From contig JAJTFK010000002.1 of the NCBI GenBank assembly GCA_021298655.1, positions 3,378-67,377 on the forward strand: 64,000 bases of DNA. Direction: 5' to 3'. The notes below the pieces were generated by a model. It did not search any database. It saw only the letters and a list, made by a program, of their open reading frames with translations, and was not told where the DNA came from. This stretch comes from Cryomorphaceae bacterium. GTDB lineage: Bacteria; Bacteroidota; Bacteroidia; Flavobacteriales; Schleiferiaceae. Of the stretch, positions 35,690 to 46,507 are shown one piece after another. Numbering within the stretch: the first letter of the stretch is position 1; each line of letters opens with the position of its first letter. The translations under genes and the position numbers were made by a program.

Positions 35690-35719
35690 AAAAAAGCGGC
35701 CCCGAGGCCGCTTTTTTTT
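35690..35719. terminator. Strong bidirectional rho-independent terminator between the T9SS operon and dnaJ
   Basis: A6-GCGGCC-CCGA-GGCCGC-T8. Confidence 0.8.
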
Positions 35720-35726
35720 GTGGTCA

Positions 35727-36845
35727 TTAGCCCTGAAAAAGGTCCTTTACCTTATCGAAGAAACTCTTGTCGCCCGCACCCGGCCGGGGCTGAAAGCGGT
35801 CGCTTTGGTTGAGTTTTTCCAGAATCTCCTTCTCGTCGTTGGTCAAGGACTTGGGCGTCCACACCGCGACATGAATCAACTGGTCACCTTGGCCATACCC
35901 CTCCAAGCTTGGGAGTCCCTTGCCCTTCAGTCGAAGGGTTTTGCCGCTTTGGGTTCCGGGGTCAATTTTCATACGGACTTTACCCGTCACGGTAGGTACC
36001 TCTACCGAAGTACCCAGTGCCGCATCGGGAAAGGAAAGATGCAATTCGAAGTGCAGGTTGCTTCCCTCGCGCACCAGAACCTCGTGCGGTTCTTCTTCGA
36101 TCGAAACGATGAGGTCGCCTGCGGGGCCGCCTGCGGGCCCGTGGTTCCCCTTGCCCTGAACGCGAAGCTGCATTCCGTCCTGTACGCCACCGGGAATCTT
36201 TACGCTCACCACTTCGTCGTGGCGCTCCAACCCGTCGGGTCCGACGCCTTCGGGACGCTTGTCGATGGTTTTGCCGGCGCCCTGACAGCTTGGACAGGCG
36301 CTGGCGGTGCGCATTTGGCCCAGGATCGTGTTCTGAACCCGAGTCACTTGGCCGGAACCGCCGCAGGTTCCGCAGGTTTTGAACGTCAGTCCTTCGGCGG
36401 GAATGGCTCGGCGGATTTTGATTTTTTTCTCAACGCCGTTGGCAATTTCCTCCAGGGTCAGCTTTACCCGCACGCGCAGGTTTGCACCCCGGTTCGCCCC
36501 GCCGCCGCGACCGCCAAATCCGCCAAAGGCGCCACCGAAGGCGTCGCCAAAAATGTCACCAAAGTGGCTGAAAATGTCGTCCATGTTCATTCCGCCGCCA
36601 CCGAATCCACCCGAACCCGCACCAAAGGCCTGGTGGCCAAATTGGTCGTATTTCTGCTTTTTTTCGGGATTCGAGAGGACTTCGTAGGCCTCGGCGGCCT
36701 CCTTGAACTTCTCTTCAGCCGCTGAATCGCCCGGATTTTTATCGGGGTGGTACTGAATAGCGAGCTTTCGGTACGCCTTTTTGATTTCGTCGGCAGAAGC
36801 TCCCTTGGAAACTCCCAAAACCTCGTAGTAGTCGCGCTTGCTCAT
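35727..36845 (-). CDS. dnaJ: Molecular chaperone DnaJ
   Basis: 372 aa. It has the J-domain DYYEVLGV...HPDKNP, a G/F region, and four CxxCxGxG zinc motifs. Confidence 0.96.
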   Translation of the reverse strand: MSKRDYYEVLGVSKGASADEIKKAYRKLAIQYHPDKNPGDSAAEEKFKEAAEAYEVLSNPEKKQKYDQFGHQAFGAGSGGFGGGGMNMDDIFSHFGDIFGDAFGGAFGGFGGRGGGANRGANLRVRVKLTLEEIANGVEKKIKIRRAIPAEGLTFKTCGTCGGSGQVTRVQNTILGQMRTASACPSCQGAGKTIDKRPEGVGPDGLERHDEVVSVKIPGGVQDGMQLRVQGKGNHGPAGGPAGDLIVSIEEEPHEVLVREGSNLHFELHLSFPDAALGTSVEVPTVTGKVRMKIDPGTQSGKTLRLKGKGLPSLEGYGQGDQLIHVAVWTPKSLTNDEKEILEKLNQSDRFQPRPGAGDKSFFDKVKDLFQG

Positions 36846-36846
36846 G

Positions 36847-37371
36847 CTATTCGTTGCCTTGACCCACCACCACTTTCGCGTAGCGGATTATTTTATCGCC
36901 CAAGAGGTATCCCTTCTCCAACTCATCGACGACGCAACCCACCAAATCGGGCGTCGGCGCAGGAATGTTGGTAATGGCTTCCATTCGTTCAACATCAAAA
37001 CGCTGGCCTTGAGTAGAATCCATAGGCTTGAGGCCTTCGGCGCGCAGGGCTGCAACGAGTTTATGCTGGATCAGCTCAAGCCCTTGGCGCTCCGGACCTT
37101 CGCCCAGCGCCTTGAGCGCGCGCTCAAAATCGTCCAAAACGGGCAAGACGGACTTAATCACTTTCTCGCCGGCGGAAGCCAGCAAATCCAGACGTTCTCG
37201 CGCATTCCGGCGGCGGAAGTTCTCAAACTCCGCGTACAAGCGCAGGTTCTGATCTTTCAGTTCCTGAATCTCGGCATCAACGTCGCGTTCGGCCGATGCC
37301 TCGGCCTGCAATTCGGGTTCGTGCTGTTCCTCCGTGGGGAGGTTTTCGGGCGTAATGGGGGACTCTTCCAT
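36847..37371 (-). CDS. grpE: Nucleotide exchange factor GrpE
   Basis: I prefer ATG 37371 (MEESPIT); the track start 37422 is GTG. Contains [12 protein letters not shown] and the C-terminal [16 protein letters not shown]. Confidence 0.9.
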   Translation of the reverse strand: MEESPITPENLPTEEQHEPELQAEASAERDVDAEIQELKDQNLRLYAEFENFRRRNARERLDLLASAGEKVIKSVLPVLDDFERALKALGEGPERQGLELIQHKLVAALRAEGLKPMDSTQGQRFDVERMEAITNIPAPTPDLVGCVVDELEKGYLLGDKIIRYAKVVVGQGNE

Positions 37372-37460
37372 GATTCTTGGTATTCCGTGTGGCGGTAAAA
37401 CACAAAGCCTGCCAAACGACACCTACGTGTCAGAATGGCAGGCCGCGCGGCAAAGCTGGC

Positions 37461-38003
37461 TTACTTGGCTTGCATCGCCTTGAGGGCGTTTTCCAGGGCC
37501 GCTCCGCGAAGGTTTTTGGCGACAACTTTTCCTTTGCCGTCGATCAAGTAGGTCGCCGGAATGGAATTAACCCCGTATAGGGCTGCACCTTCGGAGCGCC
37601 AACCCTTCAGATCACTGACGTGATTTGGCCATACGAGACCGTCTTTCGCGATGGCTTCAACCCAGCGATCTTTGGTATTGTCCAACGAAAGCGAGTAAAC
37701 CTCAAAGCCCTTTCCCGACGTAAACTTGGCGTCTTTGTATTGACTGTACACCCGAACTACGTTGGGGTTTTCCATGCGGCAGGGTCCGCACCACGCGGCC
37801 CAAAAGTCAAGCAGAACCACCTTGCCGCGAAGATCCGACAGCTTGCGGGTCTTGCCCGAAGGGTCGGGGAAGGCCAAGTCCGGAGCCATGTCGCCCACAT
37901 TGATCGTGGCCAATTGCTCCATCGGAGCGGGGGAGGTCATGCGATTCGAGGGAGTCGCGGCAAAAACGAGGGCGGCGATGCCCAAAGCAGCTAGGTATTT
38001 CAT
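37461..38003 (-). CDS. TlpA/ResA-like periplasmic thiol-disulfide oxidoreductase
   Basis: 180 aa with a signal peptide. It has a thioredoxin fold with the WAAWCGPC active site. Confidence 0.85.
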   Translation of the reverse strand: MKYLAALGIAALVFAATPSNRMTSPAPMEQLATINVGDMAPDLAFPDPSGKTRKLSDLRGKVVLLDFWAAWCGPCRMENPNVVRVYSQYKDAKFTSGKGFEVYSLSLDNTKDRWVEAIAKDGLVWPNHVSDLKGWRSEGAALYGVNSIPATYLIDGKGKVVAKNLRGAALENALKAMQAK

Positions 38004-38007
38004 GGCT

Positions 38008-38015
38008 TAAAAGTA
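38008..38015 (-). promoter_or_regulatory. Near-consensus -7 box TACTTTTA, 4 nt from the ATG of the TlpA-like gene
   Basis: The minus strand reads TACTTTTA-AGCC-ATG. Confidence 0.35.
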
Positions 38016-38026
38016 CGGTTCAAAAA

Positions 38027-39343
38027 TCAGTCTGCGATGCGCTCAATCTTGGCGCCAAGCGCGCGAAGGCGCTCGTCGATTCGTTCGTAACCTCGGTCAA
38101 TTTGCTCAATGTTGTGGATCACCGACGTGCCCTCGGCGCTCAGTGCCGCAATCAGCAGGGCGATGCCTGCGCGAATGTCGGGAGACGACATGGTCGTCGC
38201 ACGGAGTTGAAATGCGCGATCGTGGCCAATCACCGTGGCGCGGTGTGGGTCACACAAAATGATTTGGGCGCCCATATCAATCAACTTGTCCACAAAAAAC
38301 AAGCGGCTTTCAAACATTTTTTGGTGGATGAGGACCGAACCTCGGGCTTGCGTGGCCGTAACCAAAACGATACTCAGGAGGTCGGGTGTAAACAGCGGCC
38401 AAGGACCGTCCGCAATCGTCACCATGGATCCGTCGAGGTAGGCGCCAATTTGGTAGTGCTTCTGGGCGGGTATGTACAGGTCGTCGCCGCGCTCGTCGAT
38501 GCGGATTCCCAGTTTGCGGAACACATTGGGAATTTGCCCCAAGTGCTGAATTCCGGCATTCTTAATCGTGATCTCGGACTGGGTCATCGCCGCGAGGCCG
38601 ATCCATGAACCGATTTCAATCATGTCGGGCAGGCAGCGGTGCTCGGTTCCGCCCAAGCGCTCCACGCCGGTAATGATTAAGCGGTTGCTTCCAATTCCGT
38701 CGATTTTGGCGCCCATGCGCACCAGCATGCTGCAGAGCTGCTGGAGGTAGGGCTCGCAAGCCGCATTGTAAATCGTCGTTTCGCCGGGAGTCAGCACCGC
38801 AGCCATGACGATGTTGGCCGTACCGGTAACCGAGGGCTCGTCCAGCAAAATATAGGCTCCTTGGAGTCCCTCGGCCGGAGCTTCTACGCCGTAGAAGTAG
38901 GCCTCTTCTTCGTAGACGAACTTGGCGCCCAGCTTCATGAATCCCTCAAAGTGGGTATCCAGTCGGCGTCGGCCAATTTTGTCGCCGCCCGGCTTGGGGA
39001 TGTAGCCTTTGCCGAAGCGCGCCAGCATCGGACCCACCACCATCACCGATCCCCTCAGGGACGCCCCTTTTTTCTTGTAGGTTTCGCCAAACAAAAAGTC
39101 CACGTCAATTTGATCGGCCTGGAACGTGAAGTCCCCCGGACCGTTCTTCGAAACGCGTACCCCGAAATCGCCCAAAATCTCAATGAGCTTGTTGACGTCG
39201 ACAATGTCGGGAACGTTCGTGACCCGAACGGGTTCGGAGGTCAGCAGCACCGCACACAAAATTTGCAGCACTTCGTTTTTTGCTCCCTGGGGTTGTACGT
39301 CACCTTTCAAGGCGGTGCCGCCGGTAATTCGGAATGAGGCCAT
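38027..39343 (-). CDS. murA: UDP-N-acetylglucosamine 1-carboxyvinyltransferase
   Basis: ATG 39343; the track start 39349 is GTG. 438 aa. Contains FRITGGTALKGDV and QGAKNE, with an EPSP-synthase fold pattern. Confidence 0.95.
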   Translation of the reverse strand: MASFRITGGTALKGDVQPQGAKNEVLQILCAVLLTSEPVRVTNVPDIVDVNKLIEILGDFGVRVSKNGPGDFTFQADQIDVDFLFGETYKKKGASLRGSVMVVGPMLARFGKGYIPKPGGDKIGRRRLDTHFEGFMKLGAKFVYEEEAYFYGVEAPAEGLQGAYILLDEPSVTGTANIVMAAVLTPGETTIYNAACEPYLQQLCSMLVRMGAKIDGIGSNRLIITGVERLGGTEHRCLPDMIEIGSWIGLAAMTQSEITIKNAGIQHLGQIPNVFRKLGIRIDERGDDLYIPAQKHYQIGAYLDGSMVTIADGPWPLFTPDLLSIVLVTATQARGSVLIHQKMFESRLFFVDKLIDMGAQIILCDPHRATVIGHDRAFQLRATTMSSPDIRAGIALLIAALSAEGTSVIHNIEQIDRGYERIDERLRALGAKIERIAD

Positions 39344-39345
39344 AA

Positions 39346-40017
39346 TCACTTGCGGAAAAATCCGCCCTTGCGTTTGTTGAAATTGGAGGAATTGGGTTTC
39401 TTTTTCTTGCGGTTCTTCGTGTGAAGCGGCGCATTTTGGGACACCACGCCTTTGGCTACCGAAAGGGCGGAGCCTTCCTGTCCCAGCTTGCCGCCAGACA
39501 GGATTCGCAAGTCGTTGAAAATGACCGCATCATCGACCGTGTCCTTATTCCAGCTTAAGTACGCCCGCTTCATCTGGTTTGCGATGTCGTACTCAATGCC
39601 TTGGCGCTCCTCTGAGGGTTCCATTTCGGCCACCGTATTGATGAGGTTTTGAAGAATAACCCCGTAGTACCGGTGACTCCGACTTTTGGGCGGGTAGGGG
39701 ACCCGTTCGGGTTTGGCTTCAAGCAGTTCTTTCTGGGGCGCAGGGAAGGGGCCGTCGACATCCAACTGAAATCCCGAAATCACGTGGAGGTGGTCCCACA
39801 CCTTGCGCGCGAAATCCGGCTGGCCGCGCAGGGTGGGGTTGAGGCGTCCGACCGTATCCACAATGTGGGCAGCGGCCTCGGTGCGCTTTGCCTTGTCGTC
39901 AAGGGTCAAGCAGAACTCGACCATGGTTTGCACCAATCGACCGTACTCACCTAAGGCCAATTGCGGCCGATCCGTGTTGTAGTCAAGCGAAAGCGTAGTT
40001 ATACTGGCGGTTTCCAT
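39346..40017 (-). CDS. DUF4290-family protein (conserved murA neighbour in Bacteroidota)
   Basis: 223 aa. Contains YNTDRPQLALGEYGRLVQTMVEFCL...KVWDHLHVISGFQLDVD and a basic C-terminal tail. Confidence 0.7.
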   Translation of the reverse strand: METASITTLSLDYNTDRPQLALGEYGRLVQTMVEFCLTLDDKAKRTEAAAHIVDTVGRLNPTLRGQPDFARKVWDHLHVISGFQLDVDGPFPAPQKELLEAKPERVPYPPKSRSHRYYGVILQNLINTVAEMEPSEERQGIEYDIANQMKRAYLSWNKDTVDDAVIFNDLRILSGGKLGQEGSALSVAKGVVSQNAPLHTKNRKKKKPNSSNFNKRKGGFFRK

Positions 40018-40030
40018 CTGGGTGCTCCTG

Positions 40031-42376
40031 CTAGGCCAGGAGCTGCAATTTAGCGAACTTCAAAAGGAGTTTTTTCTCGCCCGCGTTATCAAAGTGTATG
40101 GTGGCTTTGCCCCCGTCGGCGGCAGGTTCCACTTCGGTAACGGTGCCTGCGCCAAATCGCTCGTGCAGCACCCGCATACCGGATGCCAAATTTAGTTCGT
40201 TTGCGGGACTTCCCGACGCCGCCGAGGCCTGACCCATGGGCGTGAGGTGTTCCGGCTTGCGAAAGCGAATCGGGGCAGGTGGGGGCGTGGTCGGTGCGGA
40301 GCCCTGTGGGCGCATTTTTTGCGCCGCCGGACCGCGAAAGGTTCGGGGTTGCTCCGGGTCGCCAAACGCATCCCTAAGTTCGCGGGGAACACCGTAATTC
40401 TTGGGCATTTCGGGAACGTGAACGTCCAAATGTTCCTCGTCAAGCTCGTCCAAGAAGCGACTGGGTTCGCAGTCAATGAGTTTGCCCCAGCGGTAGCGCA
40501 CCCGGGCGTACGTCAGGAAGGCGCGCTGCTCTGCACGGGTCAAGGCAACGTAAAAAAGCCGGCGTTCCTCTTCCAAGTCGCTGCGCGAATTCATGGCCAT
40601 CATCGACGGGAACAGGCTGTCCTCCATGCCCACCACAAAAACGACCGGAAACTCGAGTCCCTTCGCCAGGTGAATCGTCATCAAGATGACCTTGGGCTCG
40701 TCCGTTTCCTGTTCGTCGCGGTCGGTCAGCAGGGCGACGTCCTGAAGGAATGCGCCAAGGCTCGGATCGCCCCCCTCGGTTTGGCTTTGCTCGTCCACAA
40801 AATCCTTGATCCCGTTGAGCAGTTCCTGCACGTTTTCGTAACGGCTGATTCCCTCGGGCGTCTTGTCCTCGGCAAGCAGTTTGACGAGTCCGCTGGTACG
40901 CGCAATGTGCTCCACGGTCCCGAACGCGTCCATTTGCGTTGCGATAATTCGGTACGAATCAACTAAGTCCGCGAAGGCTTCCAGGCGTTCTGCCGTGGGT
41001 CGATTGATGCCGAGGTCCCAGGTGGTTGCGTGGCGCACGGCTTCCCAAAGCGGGGCCTGCCGCTCGTTCGCAACGATGGTCAGCCGTGCCAGGGTCGTAT
41101 CCCCAATTCCGCGCGCAGGCAAATTGATTACCCGGCGCAGCGCTTCCTCGTCGTTGGCGTTGACCACGAGGCGCACGTAGGCCAAAACGTCCTTAATCTC
41201 CTTGCGCTGGTAAAAAGACAGCCCTCCGTATATCTGGTATGGAATGTTGCGCCGGCGAAGGGCGTCCTCAAAGGACCTCGACTGGGCATTGGTTCGGTAC
41301 AAAACCGCAAAATCTCCGTAGCCGCGGTGCTCGCGGTGAACCAGATCCCAAACGGTCTGCGCGACATACTGTCCTTCGTCGGAATCGCTGACGCTCTGGT
41401 GGACTACAATTTTTTCTCCGAGCGGATTTTCGGTCCAAACGTCCTTCTCGAGCTGCTCCTTATTGTGCGAAATGAGCACGTTGGCCGCCTTCACAATGCG
41501 CTGCGTGCTCCGGTAGTTTTGCTCCAGCTTGTACAGGGCCGCGTCGGGATAGTCCTTTTGGAAGTTGAGGATGTTTCGAATGTTTGCGCCCCGAAACGAA
41601 TAAATACTCTGGGCGTCGTCGCCGACCACGCAGATGTTTTCAAATCGAGAGGCCAAAGCCTTGACAATGAGGTATTGGGCGTGGTTAGTGTCCTGATACT
41701 CGTCTACCAAAAGGAAGCGGAACCGTTCCTGGTACTTGGCGAGCGCATCCGGAAAGCGCGCAAAGAGCTCGTTGGTCTTCAAAAGCAAATCGTCGAAGTC
41801 CATGGCCCCGGCTCGAAAGCAGCGCTCCATGTACTGGGCGTACACCTCGCCCAGCTTGGGCATTCGCGCGGAGGCGTCCTGCTCCTGCAAGTCAGCCCGG
41901 GCCGCGTAGGCCTTCGGCGTAATGAGGCTGTTTTTATAGGCCGAAATCCGCGACGCCACCGATTTGGTTTTGTACACTTCCTTATCGAGGTTCAGTTCCT
42001 TGATGACGTTGGCCAAGACCTTTTGGGCGTCTTCGGTGTCGTAAATGGTGAAGTTGCTCGGGAATCCCAGTCGTTCCCCTTCCACCCGCAGAATGCGCGC
42101 AAAAATGCTGTGAAAGGTGCCCATCCAAACATTCTTCGCCTCCTCGGGGCCGATCACTTTGGCGATTCGGTCCTTCATTTCGCGCGCCGCCTTGTTGGTG
42201 AAGGTCAGGGCCAAGATTTGGAAGGCATCCGCTCCCTGCTGAATGAGGTGCGCAATTCGGTACGTCAGCACACGGGTCTTGCCCGAGCCCGCACCCGCGA
42301 TGACCATAACCGGTCCCTTGGTATGTTCCGCAGCCTTGCGTTGGGCTGGGTTAAGTCCGCTTAATAGTCCTTCCAT
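40031..42376 (-). CDS. UvrD/PcrA/Rep-family ATP-dependent DNA helicase
   Basis: ATG 42376; the track start 42388 is TTG. Contains Walker A AGAGSGKT, DEYQDT, and a C-terminal Tudor-like VLHERFGAGTV. Confidence 0.9.
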   Translation of the reverse strand: MEGLLSGLNPAQRKAAEHTKGPVMVIAGAGSGKTRVLTYRIAHLIQQGADAFQILALTFTNKAAREMKDRIAKVIGPEEAKNVWMGTFHSIFARILRVEGERLGFPSNFTIYDTEDAQKVLANVIKELNLDKEVYKTKSVASRISAYKNSLITPKAYAARADLQEQDASARMPKLGEVYAQYMERCFRAGAMDFDDLLLKTNELFARFPDALAKYQERFRFLLVDEYQDTNHAQYLIVKALASRFENICVVGDDAQSIYSFRGANIRNILNFQKDYPDAALYKLEQNYRSTQRIVKAANVLISHNKEQLEKDVWTENPLGEKIVVHQSVSDSDEGQYVAQTVWDLVHREHRGYGDFAVLYRTNAQSRSFEDALRRRNIPYQIYGGLSFYQRKEIKDVLAYVRLVVNANDEEALRRVINLPARGIGDTTLARLTIVANERQAPLWEAVRHATTWDLGINRPTAERLEAFADLVDSYRIIATQMDAFGTVEHIARTSGLVKLLAEDKTPEGISRYENVQELLNGIKDFVDEQSQTEGGDPSLGAFLQDVALLTDRDEQETDEPKVILMTIHLAKGLEFPVVFVVGMEDSLFPSMMAMNSRSDLEEERRLFYVALTRAEQRAFLTYARVRYRWGKLIDCEPSRFLDELDEEHLDVHVPEMPKNYGVPRELRDAFGDPEQPRTFRGPAAQKMRPQGSAPTTPPPAPIRFRKPEHLTPMGQASAASGSPANELNLASGMRVLHERFGAGTVTEVEPAADGGKATIHFDNAGEKKLLLKFAKLQLLA

Positions 42377-42385
42377 GGTGTCCTG

Positions 42386-42393
42386 CAAAAGTA
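42386..42393 (-). promoter_or_regulatory. -7 box TACTTTTG for the helicase-DUF4290-murA operon
   Basis: TAnnTTTG on the minus strand, 9 nt from ATG 42376. Confidence 0.45.
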
Positions 42394-42478
42394 GGTGGGC
42401 CCCGAGCCCAGCGCTAGCAAAGTGGAAAACTTTGAAATTCTTTTTACTAGGTGCTCGTGATTAGACAAGAATTTGTTC

Positions 42479-42486
42479 TACATTTG
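42479..42486 (+). promoter_or_regulatory. -7 box TACATTTG for the ribosomal str operon
   Basis: TAnnTTTG, 62 nt before the rpsL ATG. Confidence 0.45.
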
Positions 42487-42548
42487 CAGTCCCCAAAAAA
42501 GTGGGGGTAAACTTTTATTTCTACCGACGTCAAACCACGTAGAAGAGC

Positions 42549-42929
42549 ATGCCAACGATCCAACAACTAGTCCGCAAAGGACGCGTCACCCTGGAAAAGA
42601 AGAGCAAGTCGGCCGCACTGGACGCTTGCCCGCAACGCCGTGGCGTTTGCACCCGGGTGTACACCACCACTCCTAAGAAGCCGAATTCCGCTATGCGCAA
42701 GGTTGCGCGTGTGCGCTTGACCAACGGCAATGAAGTCAACGCCTACATCGGAGGTGAAGGCCACAACCTCCAAGAGCACAGCATCGTTCTGGTTCGCGGA
42801 GGTCGTGTCAAAGACCTTCCCGGCGTTCGCTACCACATCGTTCGCGGTGCCCTTGATACGGCCGGCGTAAACGGTCGTATGCAGCGCCGCTCGAAGTACG
42901 GAGCTAAGCGTCCTAAGGCTAAAAAATAA
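42549..42929 (+). CDS. rpsL: 30S ribosomal protein S12
   Basis: Contains [12 protein letters not shown]...[15 protein letters not shown]. Confidence 0.98.
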   Translation: MPTIQQLVRKGRVTLEKKSKSAALDACPQRRGVCTRVYTTTPKKPNSAMRKVARVRLTNGNEVNAYIGGEGHNLQEHSIVLVRGGRVKDLPGVRYHIVRGALDTAGVNGRMQRRSKYGAKRPKAKK

Positions 42930-42941
42930 TATTAAGGAATC

Positions 42942-43412
42942 ATGAGAAAGACCCGTGCCAAAAAGCGCCCCTTGCTGCCGGATCCCCGTTTTAACGATCC
43001 CCTCGTTACGCGCTTTGTAAACAACATGATGCTCGACGGCAAGAAGTCGACGGCCTTCAAGATTTTTTACGATGCCATTGATTTGGTTTCGGAACGTACC
43101 GGTGAGGCCAACGGCCTTGATCAGTGGAAGACGGCCTTGACCAACGTCATGCCCCACGTAGAAGTTCGCAGCCGCCGCGTAGGGGGTGCGACCTTCCAGA
43201 TTCCGCAGCAAATCCGTCCCGAGCGCAAGATTTCGGTTGCCATGAAGTGGTTGATCGGCTACGCACGCGGCCGCAACGAAAAGAGCATGGCGGGCAAGCT
43301 TGCCGGCGAAATCATGGCTGCGGCCAAGGAAGAAGGCGCAGCGGTAAAGAAGCGCATGGACACGCACAAGATGGCCGAGGCTAACAAGGCGTTCTCACAC
43401 TTCCGTTTCTAA
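42942..43412 (+). CDS. rpsG: 30S ribosomal protein S7
   Basis: 156 aa. Contains LPDPRFNDPLVTRFVNNMMLDGKKS and follows rpsL. Confidence 0.97.
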   Translation: MRKTRAKKRPLLPDPRFNDPLVTRFVNNMMLDGKKSTAFKIFYDAIDLVSERTGEANGLDQWKTALTNVMPHVEVRSRRVGGATFQIPQQIRPERKISVAMKWLIGYARGRNEKSMAGKLAGEIMAAAKEEGAAVKKRMDTHKMAEANKAFSHFRF

Positions 43413-43430
43413 TAGTTTACGAATTCGAAG

Positions 43431-45560
43431 ATGGCTTCACGCGACCTTAAATACACCCGCAACATCGGCATCATGGCCCACATTGATGCCGGTAAAACCA
43501 CGACCACTGAGCGTATCCTCTACTACACGGGCGTAAGCCACAAGATTGGTGAGGTTCACGACGGCGCTGCGACCATGGACTGGATGGTTCAGGAGCAGGA
43601 GCGCGGCATCACCATTACCTCAGCGGCAACGACGTGCTTCTGGCGCTTCCCAACGGTACAGGGAAAGGACATCGCTGGCCAAACCGAAGAGTACAAGATT
43701 AATATCATCGACACCCCAGGTCACGTTGACTTCACGGTAGAGGTTGAGCGTTCGCTTCGCGTGCTCGACGGCGCCGTGGCGTTGCTTTGTGCGGTGGGTG
43801 GCGTTCAGCCCCAAACCGAGACCGTTTGGCGTCAGGCAACCAAATACAGCGTTCCGCGTATTGCCTTCGTTAACAAAATGGACCGTACCGGTGCTGACTT
43901 CTTTAATGTGGTTCGCCAGATCGACGACAAACTGCGCGGACATGCCGTACCCCTTCAGGTACCCATCGGCGCCGAAGCGGAATTCCGCGGGGTCGTTGAC
44001 CTGCTTGACAAGAAAGCCATCATTTGGAACGACGAGACGCAAGGCATGACCTACGACGTAATCGATATTCCGGCTGACCTGGTTGACACTGTAGAAGAAT
44101 ACCGTGAGAAGCTCGTTGAGGCCGTTGCGGAGTTCGACGACAACTTGATGGAGAAGTTTTTTGAAGACCCCGCGAGCATTACCCGCGAGGAACTGACCGC
44201 GGCCATCCGCAAGGCGGTTATCGCCATGAAGATTACGCCGGTTCTGTGTGGTTCAGCCTTCAAAAACAAGGGCGTTCAGACCATGCTCGACGCCGTTATG
44301 GAATACCTTCCCTCACCGGTAGACGTTGACGCCATCACCGGCATCAATCCCGATACCGAATTGGAAGAGATTCGCAAGCCCGAATCAACCGAGCCCTTCG
44401 CTGCGCTCGCGTTTAAGATTGCGACCGACCCCTTCGTAGGGCGTTTGTGCTTCTTCCGCGTGTACTCCGGTAAAATTGACGCGGGTTCGTACGTGAAAAA
44501 CATGCGCACCGGAAACAAGGAGCGCATCAGCCGCATCTTCCAGATGCACGCGAACAAGCAGAACCCGGTAGAAATGATCGAAGCCGGTGATATCGGCGCC
44601 GGTGTAGGCTTCAAAGACATTCGTACGGGAGATACCCTCTGCGACGAAAAGAAGCCCATCGTGTTGGAGTCCATGAGCTTCCCCGAGCCCGTTATTGGTT
44701 TGGCGGTTGAGCCGAAGACGCAAGCCGACGTAGATAAGTTGGGTATGTCTCTGGCTAAATTGGCTGAAGAGGATCCCACCTTCCGCGTGCACACCGACGA
44801 AGAGACCGGTCAAACGGTTATCTCGGGAATGGGTGAACTTCACCTCGAGATCATTGTAGACCGCCTCAAGCGCGAGTTCAAGGTTGAATGCAACCAAGGC
44901 GCACCCCAAGTTCAGTACAAGGAAGCCTTGACGGCTGGGGTGAACCACCGCGAGGTGTACAAGAAGCAGACGGGTGGTCGCGGTAAGTTCGCGGACATCG
45001 TCTTCTCTATCGGACCTGCTGACGAGGGCTTCGCCGGCGGACTCCAGTTCGTGAATGAGATTAAGGGCGGTAACGTTCCCAAAGAATACGTTCCTTCAAT
45101 TGAGAAGGGCTTCAAAGAAGCGATGAAAAACGGTCCTTTGGCCGGCTACGGCATCGACTCGATGAAGGTTACGCTGACCGACGGTTCATTCCACCCGGTT
45201 GACTCGGATTCGCTTTCGTTTGAATTGGCGGCTAAAATTGGATTTAAGGAGGCTGCCCGCAAGGCGCGCCCGGTAATCCTCGAGCCGATCATGAAGATGG
45301 AAGTCGTTATGCCTGAAGTGAACATGGGTGACGTTGTGGGCGACCTCAACAAGCGCCGCGGAATGGTTGAAGGCATGGACACGAAAGACGGCGACAGCCT
45401 CGTTCGCGCCAAAGTGCCCTTGAGTGAAATGTTTGGTTACGTTACCACGTTGCGTACGCTGACCTCTGGTCGCGGTTCTTCGAGCATGGAATTCAGCCAC
45501 TTCTCAGAGACTCCACAGAACATCTCTGAGGCCGTTATTGAAAAAGTTAAAGGCAAATAA
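43431..45560 (+). CDS. fusA: Elongation factor G
   Basis: 709 aa. Contains [24 protein letters not shown] and DTPGHVDF. Confidence 0.98.
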   Translation: MASRDLKYTRNIGIMAHIDAGKTTTTERILYYTGVSHKIGEVHDGAATMDWMVQEQERGITITSAATTCFWRFPTVQGKDIAGQTEEYKINIIDTPGHVDFTVEVERSLRVLDGAVALLCAVGGVQPQTETVWRQATKYSVPRIAFVNKMDRTGADFFNVVRQIDDKLRGHAVPLQVPIGAEAEFRGVVDLLDKKAIIWNDETQGMTYDVIDIPADLVDTVEEYREKLVEAVAEFDDNLMEKFFEDPASITREELTAAIRKAVIAMKITPVLCGSAFKNKGVQTMLDAVMEYLPSPVDVDAITGINPDTELEEIRKPESTEPFAALAFKIATDPFVGRLCFFRVYSGKIDAGSYVKNMRTGNKERISRIFQMHANKQNPVEMIEAGDIGAGVGFKDIRTGDTLCDEKKPIVLESMSFPEPVIGLAVEPKTQADVDKLGMSLAKLAEEDPTFRVHTDEETGQTVISGMGELHLEIIVDRLKREFKVECNQGAPQVQYKEALTAGVNHREVYKKQTGGRGKFADIVFSIGPADEGFAGGLQFVNEIKGGNVPKEYVPSIEKGFKEAMKNGPLAGYGIDSMKVTLTDGSFHPVDSDSLSFELAAKIGFKEAARKARPVILEPIMKMEVVMPEVNMGDVVGDLNKRRGMVEGMDTKDGDSLVRAKVPLSEMFGYVTTLRTLTSGRGSSSMEFSHFSETPQNISEAVIEKVKGK

Positions 45561-45568
45561 TAGGATCG

Positions 45569-45874
45569 ATGAGCCAGAAAATTCGCATCAAGCTTAAGTC
45601 CTACGACCACAACCTCGTAGACAAGAGCGCAGAGAAAATTGTTAAGACGGTGAAGAGCACCGGTGCCGTGGTCAACGGTCCGATTCCTTTGCCTACCAAC
45701 AAGCGCATCTACACCGTACTGCGCAGCCCGCACGTCAACAAAAAGGCGCGTGAGCAATTCGAGTTGTCCAGCTACAAGCGTCTGCTTGACATCTACTCGT
45801 CTTCAAGTAAAACCATCGACGCCCTGATGAAGCTTGAGCTTCCCAGCGGTGTTGAGGTCGAAATCAAAGTGTAA
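45569..45874 (+). CDS. rpsJ: 30S ribosomal protein S10
   Basis: Contains [16 protein letters not shown] and [14 protein letters not shown]. Confidence 0.97.
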   Translation: MSQKIRIKLKSYDHNLVDKSAEKIVKTVKSTGAVVNGPIPLPTNKRIYTVLRSPHVNKKAREQFELSSYKRLLDIYSSSSKTIDALMKLELPSGVEVEIKV

Positions 45875-45895
45875 TAACCCCTAGAATTCCTGAAA

Positions 45896-46507
45896 ATGCC
45901 TGGACTAATTGGCAAAAAAATCGGAATGACCAGCATCTTCGACGGTGACGGGAAGAATTTCCCGTGCACCGTTATTGAGCTAGGCCCCTGCGTGGTGACC
46001 CAGCTCAAGACGAACGATGTCGATGGTTACGAAGCCGTGCAGATCGGCTTTGGCGAAAAGAAAAACGCCATCGCACCTGCCTCCGGCCACGCTGCAAAGG
46101 CTAGCACCTCTGCTAAAGCGAAATATGTTGAATTCCGCGAGTTCGGTTCGGAAGTGGCGCTTGGTGAGGTTCTCACCGTAGCCATGTTTGAAGAAGGCGA
46201 ATTCGTAGACGTCGTTGGCCAGTCAAAGGGCAAGGGCTTCCAGGGTGTAGTAAAGCGTCACGGCTTTAGCGGTGTCGGTGAAGCTACGCACGGTCAGCAC
46301 AACCGCCTTCGCGCTCCGGGTTCAATCGGCGCGGGTTCAGACCCCAGCCGTGTATTCCGCGGAATGCGCATGGCCGGTCGCACGGGCAACAGCCGTGTAA
46401 AAGTTCAAAACCTTCAAATCTTGAAGGTCGATGCAGCGAAAAATCTGCTCGTGGTTAAAGGTTCCATTCCCGGCGCGAAGCAGTCGCTCGTAATTGTAGA
46501 GAAGTAA
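45896..46507 (+). CDS. rplC: 50S ribosomal protein L3
   Basis: Contains [13 protein letters not shown] and [12 protein letters not shown]. Confidence 0.97.
   Translation: MPGLIGKKIGMTSIFDGDGKNFPCTVIELGPCVVTQLKTNDVDGYEAVQIGFGEKKNAIAPASGHAAKASTSAKAKYVEFREFGSEVALGEVLTVAMFEEGEFVDVVGQSKGKGFQGVVKRHGFSGVGEATHGQHNRLRAPGSIGAGSDPSRVFRGMRMAGRTGNSRVKVQNLQILKVDAAKNLLVVKGSIPGAKQSLVIVEK

Noticed and set aside
37437-37460. GCCGCGCGGC 10-nt palindrome downstream of the TlpA-like gene as a terminator
   Set aside because: No U-tract follows on the relevant strand, and the loop would be too small. It is probably incidental GC-rich sequence.
41030-42364. 444-aa ORF antisense to the UvrD-family helicase
   Set aside because: Same reasoning as above. 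It has no recognisable domain and lies entirely inside a high-confidence gene.
42491-42507. Hairpin CCCC-AAAAAAGTG-GGGG in the rpsL leader
   Set aside because: It is only a 4-bp stem with a long loop, too weak to call a regulatory structure without covariation evidence.
42549-42929. Possible streptomycin-resistance alleles in rpsL
   Set aside because: The TPKKPNSA and [10 protein letters not shown] segments carry the wild-type lysines.
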